Source: Fimbriiglobus sp. (GTDB lineage Bacteria > Planctomycetota > Planctomycetia > Gemmatales > Gemmataceae). From it: DNA of 64,000 bases. Of this stretch, positions 44,928 to 53,445 are shown one piece after another (the stretch's first letter is position 1; each line of letters starts with the position of its first letter). Position numbers and translations under genes: made by a program. The notes beneath the pieces were generated by a model, which saw nothing but the letters and a program-made list of their open reading frames with translations, was not told where the DNA came from and searched no databases. The stretch is taken from assembly GCA_043745295.1 (NCBI GenBank), contig JAYTTN010000714.1, positions 19,500 to 83,499 on the forward strand, written 5' to 3'.

Positions 44928-46157
44928 TTAGCCGAACACATTGCACAGTACCTGCCGCTGCTGGTGCGGGAACAGGTGGCGGTAGCGGCGTCGTTGGGCC
45001 TCCGTGCCGTGGCCGACGAATTCGTCGATGAATCGCTGATCGACGCCTTTGGCCGCGAGATTTGAAACGAAGGAGTGCCGTAGGACGTGCCAACCTCGAA
45101 GCACCGACCACTTCGATCCACGAACGGAAAGCACGAACTGCCAACCGGCATCGTCCACTGTGACCGGCACCACCTTGCCGGCTTCGTGATCGAAGAACAA
45201 GTGCTGCCCTCCGTGATGATCCTTGGCGAGCCAGCCCTTGAGTACCGACTCCAGGAACGGCGTGAGAGGAACCCGCCGGGTCGTGCGTTGCCCCTTCACT
45301 CGCTTGCGTTCGTGGATCAGGATCGTCTTGCCCTGGAAGTCCACGTCGTCGACATGGAGCCGGACGAGTTCGCTGCGCCGCGCCCCGGTGTGGGCCGCCG
45401 TCGCAATCATCGGGTGCATCCACGGCTTCGAGCCGTGCGTGGCCATGAATTCGACGAACTCGGCCACCTGACCGAGATCGAGGAACAGGCAGTCCCACCA
45501 CTTCTTGATTTCGCCCGCCGCGAGGCCACCACGACCGATGCGGCGTTCGATGTCCTCCCAGGTCGTGAACGGCCGCTTGTCCTCGCCTTTGGGATACCGC
45601 AGTCCTTTGTTCGGAAACGTGCCCTCCAAGATGCCCGTCTGCACGGCCCAGTTGAAGCAGGCCCGGAACGCCGCCATTTCCTTTTGCAGCGACACCGTGC
45701 TGAGCGGGATCGACTTGTTCCCTTTGACGCGGACCCGGGTGTTGACGTAGTCCTGCAAGTGCGAGGTCGTGAGCTGATTGATTTTGAACGACTCGCCGAG
45801 CTTGCGGCGTATTTGCTTCAGGTGCAAGACGAGCATCTCCAGCGAGTTCGCTTCCATCGAGCCGTTCCCACAGGTAGCAAGGTAACGTTCGAAGACATCG
45901 CCGAGCAGCGGCGAGGATGCGATAACCGGCGGTGCCGCCAGCTTGCCGTCGGAGAGCAGAAAGGTGATGAGGTCGGCATCCGGCGGAAGTTCGAAGCGAC
46001 CGCGTTCGAGTAGGACGAGGTTTTCCTCGAAGCGGAGCCGGGTCGCCTCGGCCGATTTTGTGTCGTCGGTGTCGAGCGTGCGGCGATACTTCTTGCCTCC
46101 GAAGCGGAAGCGGAGATGATAGTGCCCTGAGGTTCGGTGTTGTTCGAGCCAGGCCAT
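44928..46157 (-). CDS. Tyrosine recombinase (phage-type integrase)
   Basis: The C-terminus is WHVLRHSFVSNLAAKG...FVGHGTEAQRRRYRH, which carries the R..H..R..Y signature. The likely start is MAWLEQHRTSGHYHLRFRFGGKKYRRTL at 46157 (alternative 46181). Confidence 0.85.
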   Translation of the reverse strand: MAWLEQHRTSGHYHLRFRFGGKKYRRTLDTDDTKSAEATRLRFEENLVLLERGRFELPPDADLITFLLSDGKLAAPPVIASSPLLGDVFERYLATCGNGSMEANSLEMLVLHLKQIRRKLGESFKINQLTTSHLQDYVNTRVRVKGNKSIPLSTVSLQKEMAAFRACFNWAVQTGILEGTFPNKGLRYPKGEDKRPFTTWEDIERRIGRGGLAAGEIKKWWDCLFLDLGQVAEFVEFMATHGSKPWMHPMIATAAHTGARRSELVRLHVDDVDFQGKTILIHERKRVKGQRTTRRVPLTPFLESVLKGWLAKDHHGGQHLFFDHEAGKVVPVTVDDAGWQFVLSVRGSKWSVLRGWHVLRHSFVSNLAAKGVDQRFIDEFVGHGTEAQRRRYRHLFPHQQRQVLCNVFG

Positions 46158-46644
46158 GACGAGGACTCCGAAAGGACGCATCGAGAGTACGCCCTGGGAT
46201 GCGTCGGTCCCAGCCACGTAACTCCAACGCAACCTCCCGATTGCCCTCCATCTGCCCTCCACGAACGGAAGGGCAGCCGATTTTGGAGGACAAAGACTCG
46301 CCGTAAGTGCCGACCCGATAGTATGATCGGGCCGGCGGATTTCGTTGCAACACGCTTTGCCCAACTAGCCGCTGCACCTGACCCGGCCAAGTAAACTGAT
46401 TCCCGTAGCGTCCTGCGCGTCGTTGTTGCGGTTGGTGTCGCGACCGGGGCGGATTCCCACCGAAGCCGCCTTGCCCTCCGTTCGCCGCGCGACATAATAC
46501 CAGCCTGAAAATCGGCGGAACCCGACCGTTCCGCCCGCACGCCACCTGCCCACAGCATCACCCTGGCACCCGGCGAGGGTATCGCGCCTCGACTCCCGCA
46601 GAGTCGAACCGCGAGAGAGCCGCCGGACGCCCGAGGCCACCGCC

Positions 46645-47277
46645 GTGCCCGAACTCGTCTCCCTCGTCGTCCAGCCCCGCACCGCCACCGGCACCCGCGC
46701 CTCCAAGCGGGTCCGCGCCCAGGGCCTCATCCCCGGCGTCATCTACGGACACAAGGAAGCCGTCATCAACGTCTCCTTGCCGGCGAAGGAGTTGGACACC
46801 GCCATCCGCGTCAAGCACGCCCGCACCCTCGAAATCACCCTCGACGGCAAGAAGGAGACGGTCCTCATCCGCGAGCTGCAGTGGGACTACCTCGGCAAGG
46901 AGATGGTCCACATCGACCTGTTCCGGGTGGGCAAGGACGAGAAGGTGAAGGTGACGGTGCCGGTCGAGCTGAAGGGCGTGCCGAAGATCAGCGGCGGGGC
47001 GGTGCTGGACCAGCCGATGCACGCGCTGCACATCGAGTGCCTGGCCGTCGCCATCCCGGACGCCATTCGGGTGGACATCTCGGCGATGACCATCGACGCG
47101 CCGATCCACGTCCGCGACCTGAAGCTGCCCGACGGGGTGACGGTGCTGGAAAACCCCGACATGACGGTCGTCCACCTGAAGGTGCCGGGGGCCGAGCCGG
47201 AACCGGTCGAGGCCGCCGTCGCCGAGCCGGAAGTGCTGACCGCCAAGAAGCCGAAGGAGGGGGAAGAGAAGGAGTGA
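46645..47277 (+). CDS. rplY: 50S ribosomal protein L25 / general stress protein Ctc
   Basis: RASKRVRAQGLIPGVIYGHKEAVINVSL... followed by the two-domain Ctc form with an acidic tail. Confidence 0.9.
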   Translation: MPELVSLVVQPRTATGTRASKRVRAQGLIPGVIYGHKEAVINVSLPAKELDTAIRVKHARTLEITLDGKKETVLIRELQWDYLGKEMVHIDLFRVGKDEKVKVTVPVELKGVPKISGGAVLDQPMHALHIECLAVAIPDAIRVDISAMTIDAPIHVRDLKLPDGVTVLENPDMTVVHLKVPGAEPEPVEAAVAEPEVLTAKKPKEGEEKE

Positions 47278-47293
47278 GGACAGGAATTCGAGG

Positions 47294-47418
47294 ACAGGAG
47301 TCAGAGGACAGAAATCAAGTACAGAGGACAGAAAGCCGCACAGCCGCGAGGTTGGTTGATTGCTTCCTGACCCTGCATTCTGTCTCCTGACTTCTGATCT
47401 CTGTCCTCTGACTCCTGT
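47294..47418. repeat. Long imperfect palindrome between rplY and pth
   Basis: ACAGGAGTCAGAGGACAG (47294-47311) pairs perfectly with 47401-47418. The flanks pair imperfectly. GAGGACAG recurs four times on the left side. Confidence 0.7.
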
Positions 47419-47441
47419 TTCCCGCCTCCTGAGACCTGAAC

Positions 47442-48137
47442 ATGAAGGTCGTCGTCGGCCTCGGCAACCCCGGTCGGCAGTACGCCGGCACCCGGCACAA
47501 CGTCGGCTTCGACGTGATCGACTACCTGGCCGCCGCGCCGTCCGTCGGCGGCGCGCGCTCCGCCTTCCAGGCGGACGTGTTCGAGGCGACCGAAGGCGGC
47601 GAGAAACTGCTGCTGCTGAAGCCGCAGACGTTCATGAACCTGAGCGGGCGGGCGGTGCGGGCGGCGCTGGACTTCTACAAGCTGACGGCCGCCGATCTGC
47701 TGGTCGTCTGCGACGACTACAACCTGCCGCTGGGCAAGCTGCGGGTGCGGGCGAAGGGCAGCCACGGCGGGCAGAACGGGCTGCGGGACATCCAGCAGCT
47801 GCTCGGCGGCGACGAGTACCCCCGACTGCGAATGGGCGTCGGCCAGCCGAGTCCGGGCGAGGCGGTGGACTTCGTGCTGAGCCGGTTCAAGCCGGCCGAA
47901 CGGCCGGCCATCGATGCCGCCGTCGCGCAGGCCGCCGCCGCCGTGCTGGTGTGGGTCCGCCAGGGGCTGCCGGCGTGCATGAACTTCGCCAACGGCCCGT
48001 CGGACCAGGAGTCGGGAAGCAGAAGACAGGAGTCGGGAAGCAAGAAGAAATCAGGAGACGGGAAGCAGAAGACAGACGAAGAGAGGAAACTGAAGCCGGA
48101 CGATCAGGTGCCACCGCCATCGGCCCTGCCGTCGTGA
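47442..48137 (+). CDS. pth: Peptidyl-tRNA hydrolase with a repeat-encoded C-terminal extension
   Basis: MKVVVGLGNPGRQYAGTRHNVGF...KGSHGGQNGLRDI. The tail SDQESGSRRQESGSKKKSGDGKQK... is encoded by the repeat units. Confidence 0.9.
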   Translation: MKVVVGLGNPGRQYAGTRHNVGFDVIDYLAAAPSVGGARSAFQADVFEATEGGEKLLLLKPQTFMNLSGRAVRAALDFYKLTAADLLVVCDDYNLPLGKLRVRAKGSHGGQNGLRDIQQLLGGDEYPRLRMGVGQPSPGEAVDFVLSRFKPAERPAIDAAVAQAAAAVLVWVRQGLPACMNFANGPSDQESGSRRQESGSKKKSGDGKQKTDEERKLKPDDQVPPPSALPS

Positions 48138-48157
48138 CCTCTGCTTCCTGACTCCTG
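48006..48157. repeat. Three direct CAGGAG(T/A)CGGGAAGCA(G)AAGA units plus one inverted copy
   Basis: Direct units at 48006, 48027 and 48052. The inverted copy TCTGCTTCCTGACTCCTG is at 48140-48157, straddling the pth stop. Confidence 0.65.
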
Positions 48158-48276
48158 CTTCCTGACCCCCCGAAGAAAGGTTCCCCCGCCCCGGTCGGGC
48201 GGGGGTCGCGGCGGACACCCTCCGCGCGAGCCGCAACCACCCACCCGCCCGCGCGGGTGTCACCACGAGGACGACG

Positions 48277-48852
48277 ATGCCGATCCACCTGTACGAGACC
48301 CTGTTCCTGATCGACTCCGGCAAGCTGGCGTCCGACGGCGACACCATCCGCGCCGCCCTGCACAACGCCCTCACCAAGTACGGCAGCGAGATCGTCGTCA
48401 GCCGCGACTGGGACGACCGCAAGCTGGCGTACCCCATCCGCACGGCCGGCGTCACGCACAAGAAGGGCGCGTACTACACCGTCTATTACAACATGGAGAG
48501 TACGAAGCAGCAGTCGCTGGAGGACGACCTCCGCATCGGCATGACCGACTACCTGATCCGGCACATGACCTCGCACGTCGATCCGAAGTACGCCGAGGTC
48601 ATGCTCGACATCGCCCGGAACGACCAGTCCAAGGGGTTCTGCCTGCGCGGGATGCAGGAGGAAGCGGCCCCGACCGAGCTGTCCGGCATCAACGACCCCG
48701 GCATGGGCGGCGGCTTCGAGGGCGGGTTCGGCGTCGGCTTCGAGGGCGGCAGTGGCGGCGATCGGGCCGGTGGCGACCGAGCCGCCGGCGGCGACCGCCC
48801 GCCGCCGCGTGGCCCCCGCCCGCCCCGCCGCGACGACGCCAAGCCGGAGTGA
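48277..48852 (+). CDS. rpsF: 30S ribosomal protein S6 with a Gly/Arg-rich tail
   Basis: MPIHLYETLFLIDSGK...RKLAYPI...GAYYTVYYN. Confidence 0.85.
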   Translation: MPIHLYETLFLIDSGKLASDGDTIRAALHNALTKYGSEIVVSRDWDDRKLAYPIRTAGVTHKKGAYYTVYYNMESTKQQSLEDDLRIGMTDYLIRHMTSHVDPKYAEVMLDIARNDQSKGFCLRGMQEEAAPTELSGINDPGMGGGFEGGFGVGFEGGSGGDRAGGDRAAGGDRPPPRGPRPPRRDDAKPE

Positions 48853-48856
48853 GCGT

Positions 48857-48929
48857 CTTCCGGTGGCACCGGCTTCCGAACCGGTGAGCCTGTGTGGTTC
48901 CACCGGCTGGGAAGCCGGTGCCACCGGAA
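48857..48929. terminator. Long hairpin after rpsF
   Basis: CTTCCGGTGGCACCGGCTTCC (48857-48877) pairs with GGAAGCCGGTGCCACCGGAA (48910-48929). Confidence 0.7.
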
Positions 48930-49058
48930 AAATTGCTCCTACCGACCTTGCCGAACCCCGGTGCGATCTGGTCTGCTATCTCTCGGAGCGGGTGACGCCG
49001 ACACGATTCTCGACCTCACCCCACCACCCCTAGCCCGTCCCCGCTCCGGAGGTGCGCC

Positions 49059-49583
49059 ATGGCGAGTCTGAACAAGGTGATGATGATCGGCCGGCTAACC
49101 AAGCCGCCGGAGGAGCCGCGGGTGCTGCCGAACAGCGGCAGCACGGTGGTCAAGTTCCGGCTGGCCGTCGGCCGGAGCAAGAAGAATCCGCAGACCGGCG
49201 CGTACGAGAACGACCCGAACCCGCTGTACATCGACTGCGAGGTGTTCAGCCGGCCGGACGCCAAGCGGAACCTGGCCGACCTGGTGACGCGGTACGTCAA
49301 GCAGGGCGACCAACTGTACCTGGAAGGTCGCCTGCAACTGGACGAGTGGGACGACAAGACGACCGGCCAGAAGCGGAGCAAGCACAAGATCGTCGTCGAT
49401 TCCATCGAACTGCTCGGCGGCAAGGCCGGCGACGGCGGGTCGGGCGGCGACGACGGCGACGCGGGCGGCACGGGCGGCGGTGCCCCGGCGCGCGGCGGCG
49501 GTCGCCCGCAGCAGCAACCCCGCGGCGGCTCCGCCCCGCCCGACGAGGACCAGGGCGGCCCCGACCCCGACATCCCGTTCTGA
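49059..49583 (+). CDS. ssb: Single-stranded DNA-binding protein
   Basis: MASLNKVMMIGRLTKPPE... forms the OB fold. It has a Gly-rich linker and a C-terminal DPDIPF tip. Confidence 0.9.
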   Translation: MASLNKVMMIGRLTKPPEEPRVLPNSGSTVVKFRLAVGRSKKNPQTGAYENDPNPLYIDCEVFSRPDAKRNLADLVTRYVKQGDQLYLEGRLQLDEWDDKTTGQKRSKHKIVVDSIELLGGKAGDGGSGGDDGDAGGTGGGAPARGGGRPQQQPRGGSAPPDEDQGGPDPDIPF

Positions 49584-49591
49584 CGAACCCC

Positions 49592-49726
49592 GCGAGCCGC
49601 GACCGCAAGGGAGTGTCTTCTTATCCGAGCCGGAAGCGTGAGCGACGGTTCTTCGCGAACTCCGTCGCTCACGCTTCCGGCTCCGAAAGAGCGAGAAGAT
49701 GCCGCTCCCTTGCGGTCGCGGCTCGC
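49592..49726. repeat. Nested double palindrome between ssb and rplI
   Basis: The outer arms are 22 bp and perfect (49592-49613 / 49705-49726). The inner arms are also 22 bp and perfect (49627-49648 / 49662-49683). Confidence 0.85.
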
Positions 49727-49788
49727 AACACACCGACAACCCCGGCGGGCAGCACCCCGCTTCACCGTTTTCAACCCCGAGTGACCCG

Positions 49789-50376
49789 ATGGCCAAGTCC
49801 GCCACCAAATCGAAAGCCGCCAAGCCGAAGGCGGACGCCGGCCCGAAAATGCCCGCCCCGAAAGTCCGCAAGCGGCAGCAGGTGAAGAAGGACTCGCACG
49901 GCAACACCATCATCGTGCTGGTCGAGGACGTGGCCCACGTCGGCAAGGTGGGCGACCAGGTGGCGGTGCGGCCCGGCTACGCCCGCAACTTCCTCATCCC
50001 GAACGGCATGGCCGTCATCCCCACGCCGCACGACCTGAAGCTGCTGGAGAAGCACCAGATCAAGGTGACGAAGGCCAAGGAAGCCAAGGTCGCCGACTTG
50101 AAGGTGCTGGCCGAGCAGCTCTCCCGCCTCACCTCGCTCACCATCGAGGCCCAGGCGAACGAGGAGAACCACCTGTACGGCAGCATCGGGCCGGTGGAGA
50201 TCTCCAAAACGCTGAAGGGCAAGAACCTGCCGGTCGAGCCGGACATGGTGAAGATGGAGCAGCACATCAAGGAGGCGAACACCGTCACCGAAGTGGCCCT
50301 GCACCTCGGCTACGGCATCGAGGGCAAGATCAACGTGCTGGTGGTCGGCCTCCAGGCCGCCGCGCCGAAGAAGTGA
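49789..50376 (+). CDS. rplI: 50S ribosomal protein L9 with a Lys-rich N-terminal extension
   Basis: IIVLVEDVAHVGKVGDQVAVRPGYARNFLIPNGMAV. Start is the ATG at 49789. Confidence 0.85.
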   Translation: MAKSATKSKAAKPKADAGPKMPAPKVRKRQQVKKDSHGNTIIVLVEDVAHVGKVGDQVAVRPGYARNFLIPNGMAVIPTPHDLKLLEKHQIKVTKAKEAKVADLKVLAEQLSRLTSLTIEAQANEENHLYGSIGPVEISKTLKGKNLPVEPDMVKMEQHIKEANTVTEVALHLGYGIEGKINVLVVGLQAAAPKK

Positions 50377-50382
50377 GCCTTG

Positions 50383-50460
50383 TTTGGCGAGCCGCGACCG
50401 CGAGGGAGCGTCTTCTTCCGGTGTGAAGAAGACGCTCCCTCGTGGTCGCGGCTCGCCAAA
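50383..50460. terminator. 36-bp-stem hairpin after rplI
   Basis: 50383-50418 pairs with 50425-50460 with a single G:T position. The loop is CGGTGT. It shares GCGAGCCGCGACCGC(A/G)AGGGAG(T/C)GTCTTCTT with the element at 49592. Confidence 0.85.
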
Positions 50461-50547
50461 CCGCCTCTCACACGCTTCTCACGCCACTTCACCCGCCATT
50501 TCGGGAACACTGTCGTCGGGCTTTCCACTCTCCCGGAGTCACCCGAT

Positions 50548-51414
50548 ATGCTCCGTCTCTCTCTCCTCCTCGCGTTCGTCGCCTCGCCCCTCTTCGCCGC
50601 CGACCCGCCGGTCATCCCCTTGTGGGAGAAGGGCGCGCCGGGCTTCGAGGGCAAGAAGGACGTGGCCGAGACCCGCGACCGCCTGAGCAAGGACACCGGC
50701 GAGTACCGCGTCACCGGCGTCCACAACCCGTATGTGACCGTGTTCCTGCCGCCGAAGGAGAAGGCGACCGGCGCGGCGGTAGTGGTCGTGCCGGGCGGCG
50801 GGCACCGCGAACTGTGGGTGAAGCACGAGGGCGAGAACGTGGCCCAGTGGCTGAGCGAGAAAGGCGTCGCGGCGGTGGTGCTGCGGCACCGGCTGGCGCG
50901 CGAAACCGACTCGCCGTACAAGATCGACATCCACGCGGTGCAGGACGGCCAGCGGGCGCTGCGGCTGGTGCGGAGCAAGGCGGCCGAGTGGAACCTGAAG
51001 TCCGACCGCATCGGCATGATGGGCTTCTCGGCGGGCGGCGAAACGGTGGCGCTGGTCTGCCGCAAGGCCGAGAAGGGCGACGACAAGGCCGACGACCCCA
51101 TCGACCGCGAGAGCGCCGTTCCGAGTTTCCAGGCGCACGTTTACAGTGGCCCGCAGGGGCTGCGCGGGGCAACGATCACGAAGGAAAACTCGCCGCCGGC
51201 GTTCCTGCTGGTGGGCGACGCGGACGGCGCGAAGGCGGTGCTGGTGGCGCACTACCAGGAGCTGTCGAAGCTCGGCGTGTCGGCCGAGCTGCACGTCCTG
51301 GCGAAGGCCGGCCACGGCTTCGGCTTCCGCCCGTACAAGAAGACCGGCCCGGCCATCGACACCTGGCCGCAGCGGTTCTACGAGTTCCTGGACGTGCAGG
51401 GGATGCTGAAATAA
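50548..51414 (+). CDS. Secreted alpha/beta-hydrolase (esterase)
   Basis: Signal peptide MLRLSLLLAFVASPLFA. Oxyanion-type VVVPGGGH. Nucleophile elbow GFSAGG. Confidence 0.75.
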   Translation: MLRLSLLLAFVASPLFAADPPVIPLWEKGAPGFEGKKDVAETRDRLSKDTGEYRVTGVHNPYVTVFLPPKEKATGAAVVVVPGGGHRELWVKHEGENVAQWLSEKGVAAVVLRHRLARETDSPYKIDIHAVQDGQRALRLVRSKAAEWNLKSDRIGMMGFSAGGETVALVCRKAEKGDDKADDPIDRESAVPSFQAHVYSGPQGLRGATITKENSPPAFLLVGDADGAKAVLVAHYQELSKLGVSAELHVLAKAGHGFGFRPYKKTGPAIDTWPQRFYEFLDVQGMLK

Positions 51415-51416
51415 TG

Positions 51417-51471
51417 GTAGTCCGCACTCTCCGAGTGCGGGTCGGAACCGCACTCGGAGAGTGCGGACTAC
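51417..51471. terminator. 24-bp perfect hairpin
   Basis: GTAGTCCGCACTCTCCGAGTGCGG, loop gtcggaa, then the reverse complement. Confidence 0.85.
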
Positions 51472-51489
51472 TCTTCCGGAGCCCCTCCC

Positions 51490-53346
51490 ATGTCTCGCCT
51501 TCTGCTCCTCCCGCTGCTGCTCATCCCACTCGCCTTCGCCGAAGACCCCTCGCCGAAGCCCGCACTTCCCCTTCGCCAGATGGAAGCGCTCGGCCGGGGG
51601 GTCGTGGCGATCCACCACGCCGAGGGCAAGGTGTTCGTCAGTTGGCGGCTGCTCGGCACCGACCCGGAGGACATCGCGTTCAACCTGTACCGCCAGTCCG
51701 GCGACGCCGTGCCGGTCAAGGTCAACGCCGAGCCGCTGAAGAAGGCGACGTGCTTCGCGGATGACAAAGCCGACCTGACGAAGGCGACAGCGTACACCGT
51801 GCGGCCAGTCGTGGACGGCAAGGAACTGCCCGCGAGCGCCGCGTTCAAACTGCCGGCCGGCGCGCCCGTTCGCCCGTACCTGAGCGTGCCGCTGAAGACG
51901 CTGCCCGGCCACACGCCGAACGACGCCTCCGTCGGCGACCTGGACGGCGACGGCGAGTACGAGATCGTTTTGAAACAGGAGCAGAAGCCGCGCGACAACT
52001 CGCAGAAGGGCGAGACCGGCGAGACGAAGCTGGAGGCGTACAAGCTCGACGGGACGATGCTCTGGCGAATCAACCTGGGCAAGAACATCCGCGAGGGGGC
52101 ACACTACACGCAGTTCCTCGTGTACGACTTCGACGGCGACGGCAAGGCCGAAGTGATGTGCAAGACCGCCGACGGAACCGTGGACGGCACCGGCGTCGTG
52201 ATCGGCGACGCGAAGGCGAACCACCGCAACGCCGACGGCTACGTCCTGGATGGCCCGGAGTTCCTGACCGTGTTCGACGGGATGACCGGCAAGGCGCTGG
52301 CCACCACCGAGTATCTGCCGGCGCGGGGCAAGGTCGGCGACTGGGGCGACACCTACGGCAACCGCGTGGACCGCTTCCTGGCCGGCGTGGGATACCTCGA
52401 CGGCGAGCGGCCGAGCGCGGTGTTCTGCCGGGGCTATTACACCCGCACGGTGCTGGTCGCGTGGGACTGGCGGGACGGCAAGCTGACCCGCCGCTGGACC
52501 TTCGACAGCAAAGAAGCCGGCAAGGAGTACACCGGGCAAGGCGACCACAGCCTGAGCGCGGCCGACGTGGACGGCGACGGCAAGGACGACATCATCTACG
52601 GCGCGATGACCGTCGGCGGCAACGGCAAGGGGCTGTACTCCACCGGCCTGGGGCACGGCGACGCGCTGCACGCGAGCGACTTCGACCCGGCGCGGCCGGG
52701 GCTGGAGGTGTTCAACATCCACGAGAAGAAGCCGGCCGTCGGCGTGTCGTTCCGCGAGGCGAAGACGGGCAAGGTGATCTGGAGCAAACCCAGCACGGAC
52801 GTGGGCCGGGGGCTGGCCGCGGACATCGACCCGCGCCACGAGGGGGCCGAGTTCTGGGCGAGCGGGCCGGGCCTCAGCGGGGTGTGGAACGTGACGGGCG
52901 AGGAGGTGTCGAAGAAGAAACCCCGCTCGTGCAACTTCGCCGTCTGGTGGGACGGCGACCCGCTACGGGAGCTGCTCGACCGCACCGCCATTTCCAAGTG
53001 GGACTGGGAGAAGGAGACCGAGACGACGCTGTTGAACGCGACCGGCTGCGCGTCGAACAACGGCAGCAAATCGACGCCGGCGCTGTCGGCGGACATCCTC
53101 GGCGACTGGCGGGAAGAGGTGATCTTCCGCAGCGCCGACAACACCGAACTCCGCATCTACACGACGCCGATCCCGACCGACCGCCGCCTGCCGACGCTCA
53201 TGCACGACCCGCAGTACCGGGTGGCGGTGGCGTGGCAGAACGTCGGCTACAACCAGCCGCCGCACCCGAGCTTCTTCCTGGGCGACGGCATGACCGACCC
53301 GCCGAAGCCCCGCATCACGACGAAGGCGAGAGGGAAGGGGAGGTGA
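51490..53346 (+). CDS. Rhamnogalacturonan lyase, PL11 (YesW-like) beta-propeller
   Basis: It has a signal peptide and repeated Ca-site motifs GDLDGDGEYE, DFDGDGKAE and ADVDGDGKDD. The overall pattern is as in YesW/YesX. Confidence 0.7.
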   Translation: MSRLLLLPLLLIPLAFAEDPSPKPALPLRQMEALGRGVVAIHHAEGKVFVSWRLLGTDPEDIAFNLYRQSGDAVPVKVNAEPLKKATCFADDKADLTKATAYTVRPVVDGKELPASAAFKLPAGAPVRPYLSVPLKTLPGHTPNDASVGDLDGDGEYEIVLKQEQKPRDNSQKGETGETKLEAYKLDGTMLWRINLGKNIREGAHYTQFLVYDFDGDGKAEVMCKTADGTVDGTGVVIGDAKANHRNADGYVLDGPEFLTVFDGMTGKALATTEYLPARGKVGDWGDTYGNRVDRFLAGVGYLDGERPSAVFCRGYYTRTVLVAWDWRDGKLTRRWTFDSKEAGKEYTGQGDHSLSAADVDGDGKDDIIYGAMTVGGNGKGLYSTGLGHGDALHASDFDPARPGLEVFNIHEKKPAVGVSFREAKTGKVIWSKPSTDVGRGLAADIDPRHEGAEFWASGPGLSGVWNVTGEEVSKKKPRSCNFAVWWDGDPLRELLDRTAISKWDWEKETETTLLNATGCASNNGSKSTPALSADILGDWREEVIFRSADNTELRIYTTPIPTDRRLPTLMHDPQYRVAVAWQNVGYNQPPHPSFFLGDGMTDPPKPRITTKARGKGR

Positions 53347-53445
53347 GGGCGGATTCGCCGATCCGCTCGCACGCGCGGGGAGTTCGTATCAATACCAGCG
53401 ACAGGGCGCTTGGTGTCACCCTGTGGATCGCTCGGTGATGCGGCC

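Larger units (their letters stand above)
37930..46364. mobile_element. Nested or adjacent czc island with its own integrase (boundaries approximate)
   Basis: By eye the composition changes at about 37930 and across 44100-44760. A complete czcICBA set duplicates the function of the upstream operon. The integrase sits at the distal end. Confidence 0.4.
1..46400. mobile_element. Integrated conjugative plasmid or ICE (right-hand portion; the left end is outside the window)
   Basis: It carries relaxase, oriT-like, ParA/RHH, RepA plus iterons, TA, anti-restriction-type and metal-resistance modules. It ends with an integrase next to rplY-pth-rpsF-ssb-rplI. The exact right boundary lies somewhere in 46158-46644. 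Confidence 0.55.

Noticed and set aside
44877-45065. 62-aa + ORF with a GGGAGG RBS overlapping the integrase 3' end (a possible excisionase?)
   Set aside because: It lies antisense within the integrase coding sequence. It has no HTH or excisionase-like features. The evidence is the RBS alone.
46589-46613. tRNA-like T-arm plus acceptor strand on the minus strand (CGCGG-TTCGACT-CTGCG-GGAGTCG)
   Set aside because: There is no complementary 5' acceptor strand, D-arm or anticodon arm in the adjacent sequence, and the rplY start leaves no room for them. It can also be drawn as a simple 5-bp hairpin. I keep it only as a possible att-related fragment.
49584-49788. Search for a hidden rpsR or a small RNA gene in the ssb-rplI gap
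   Set aside because: The gap is fully accounted for by the nested palindromes, and no ORF of adequate length exists.
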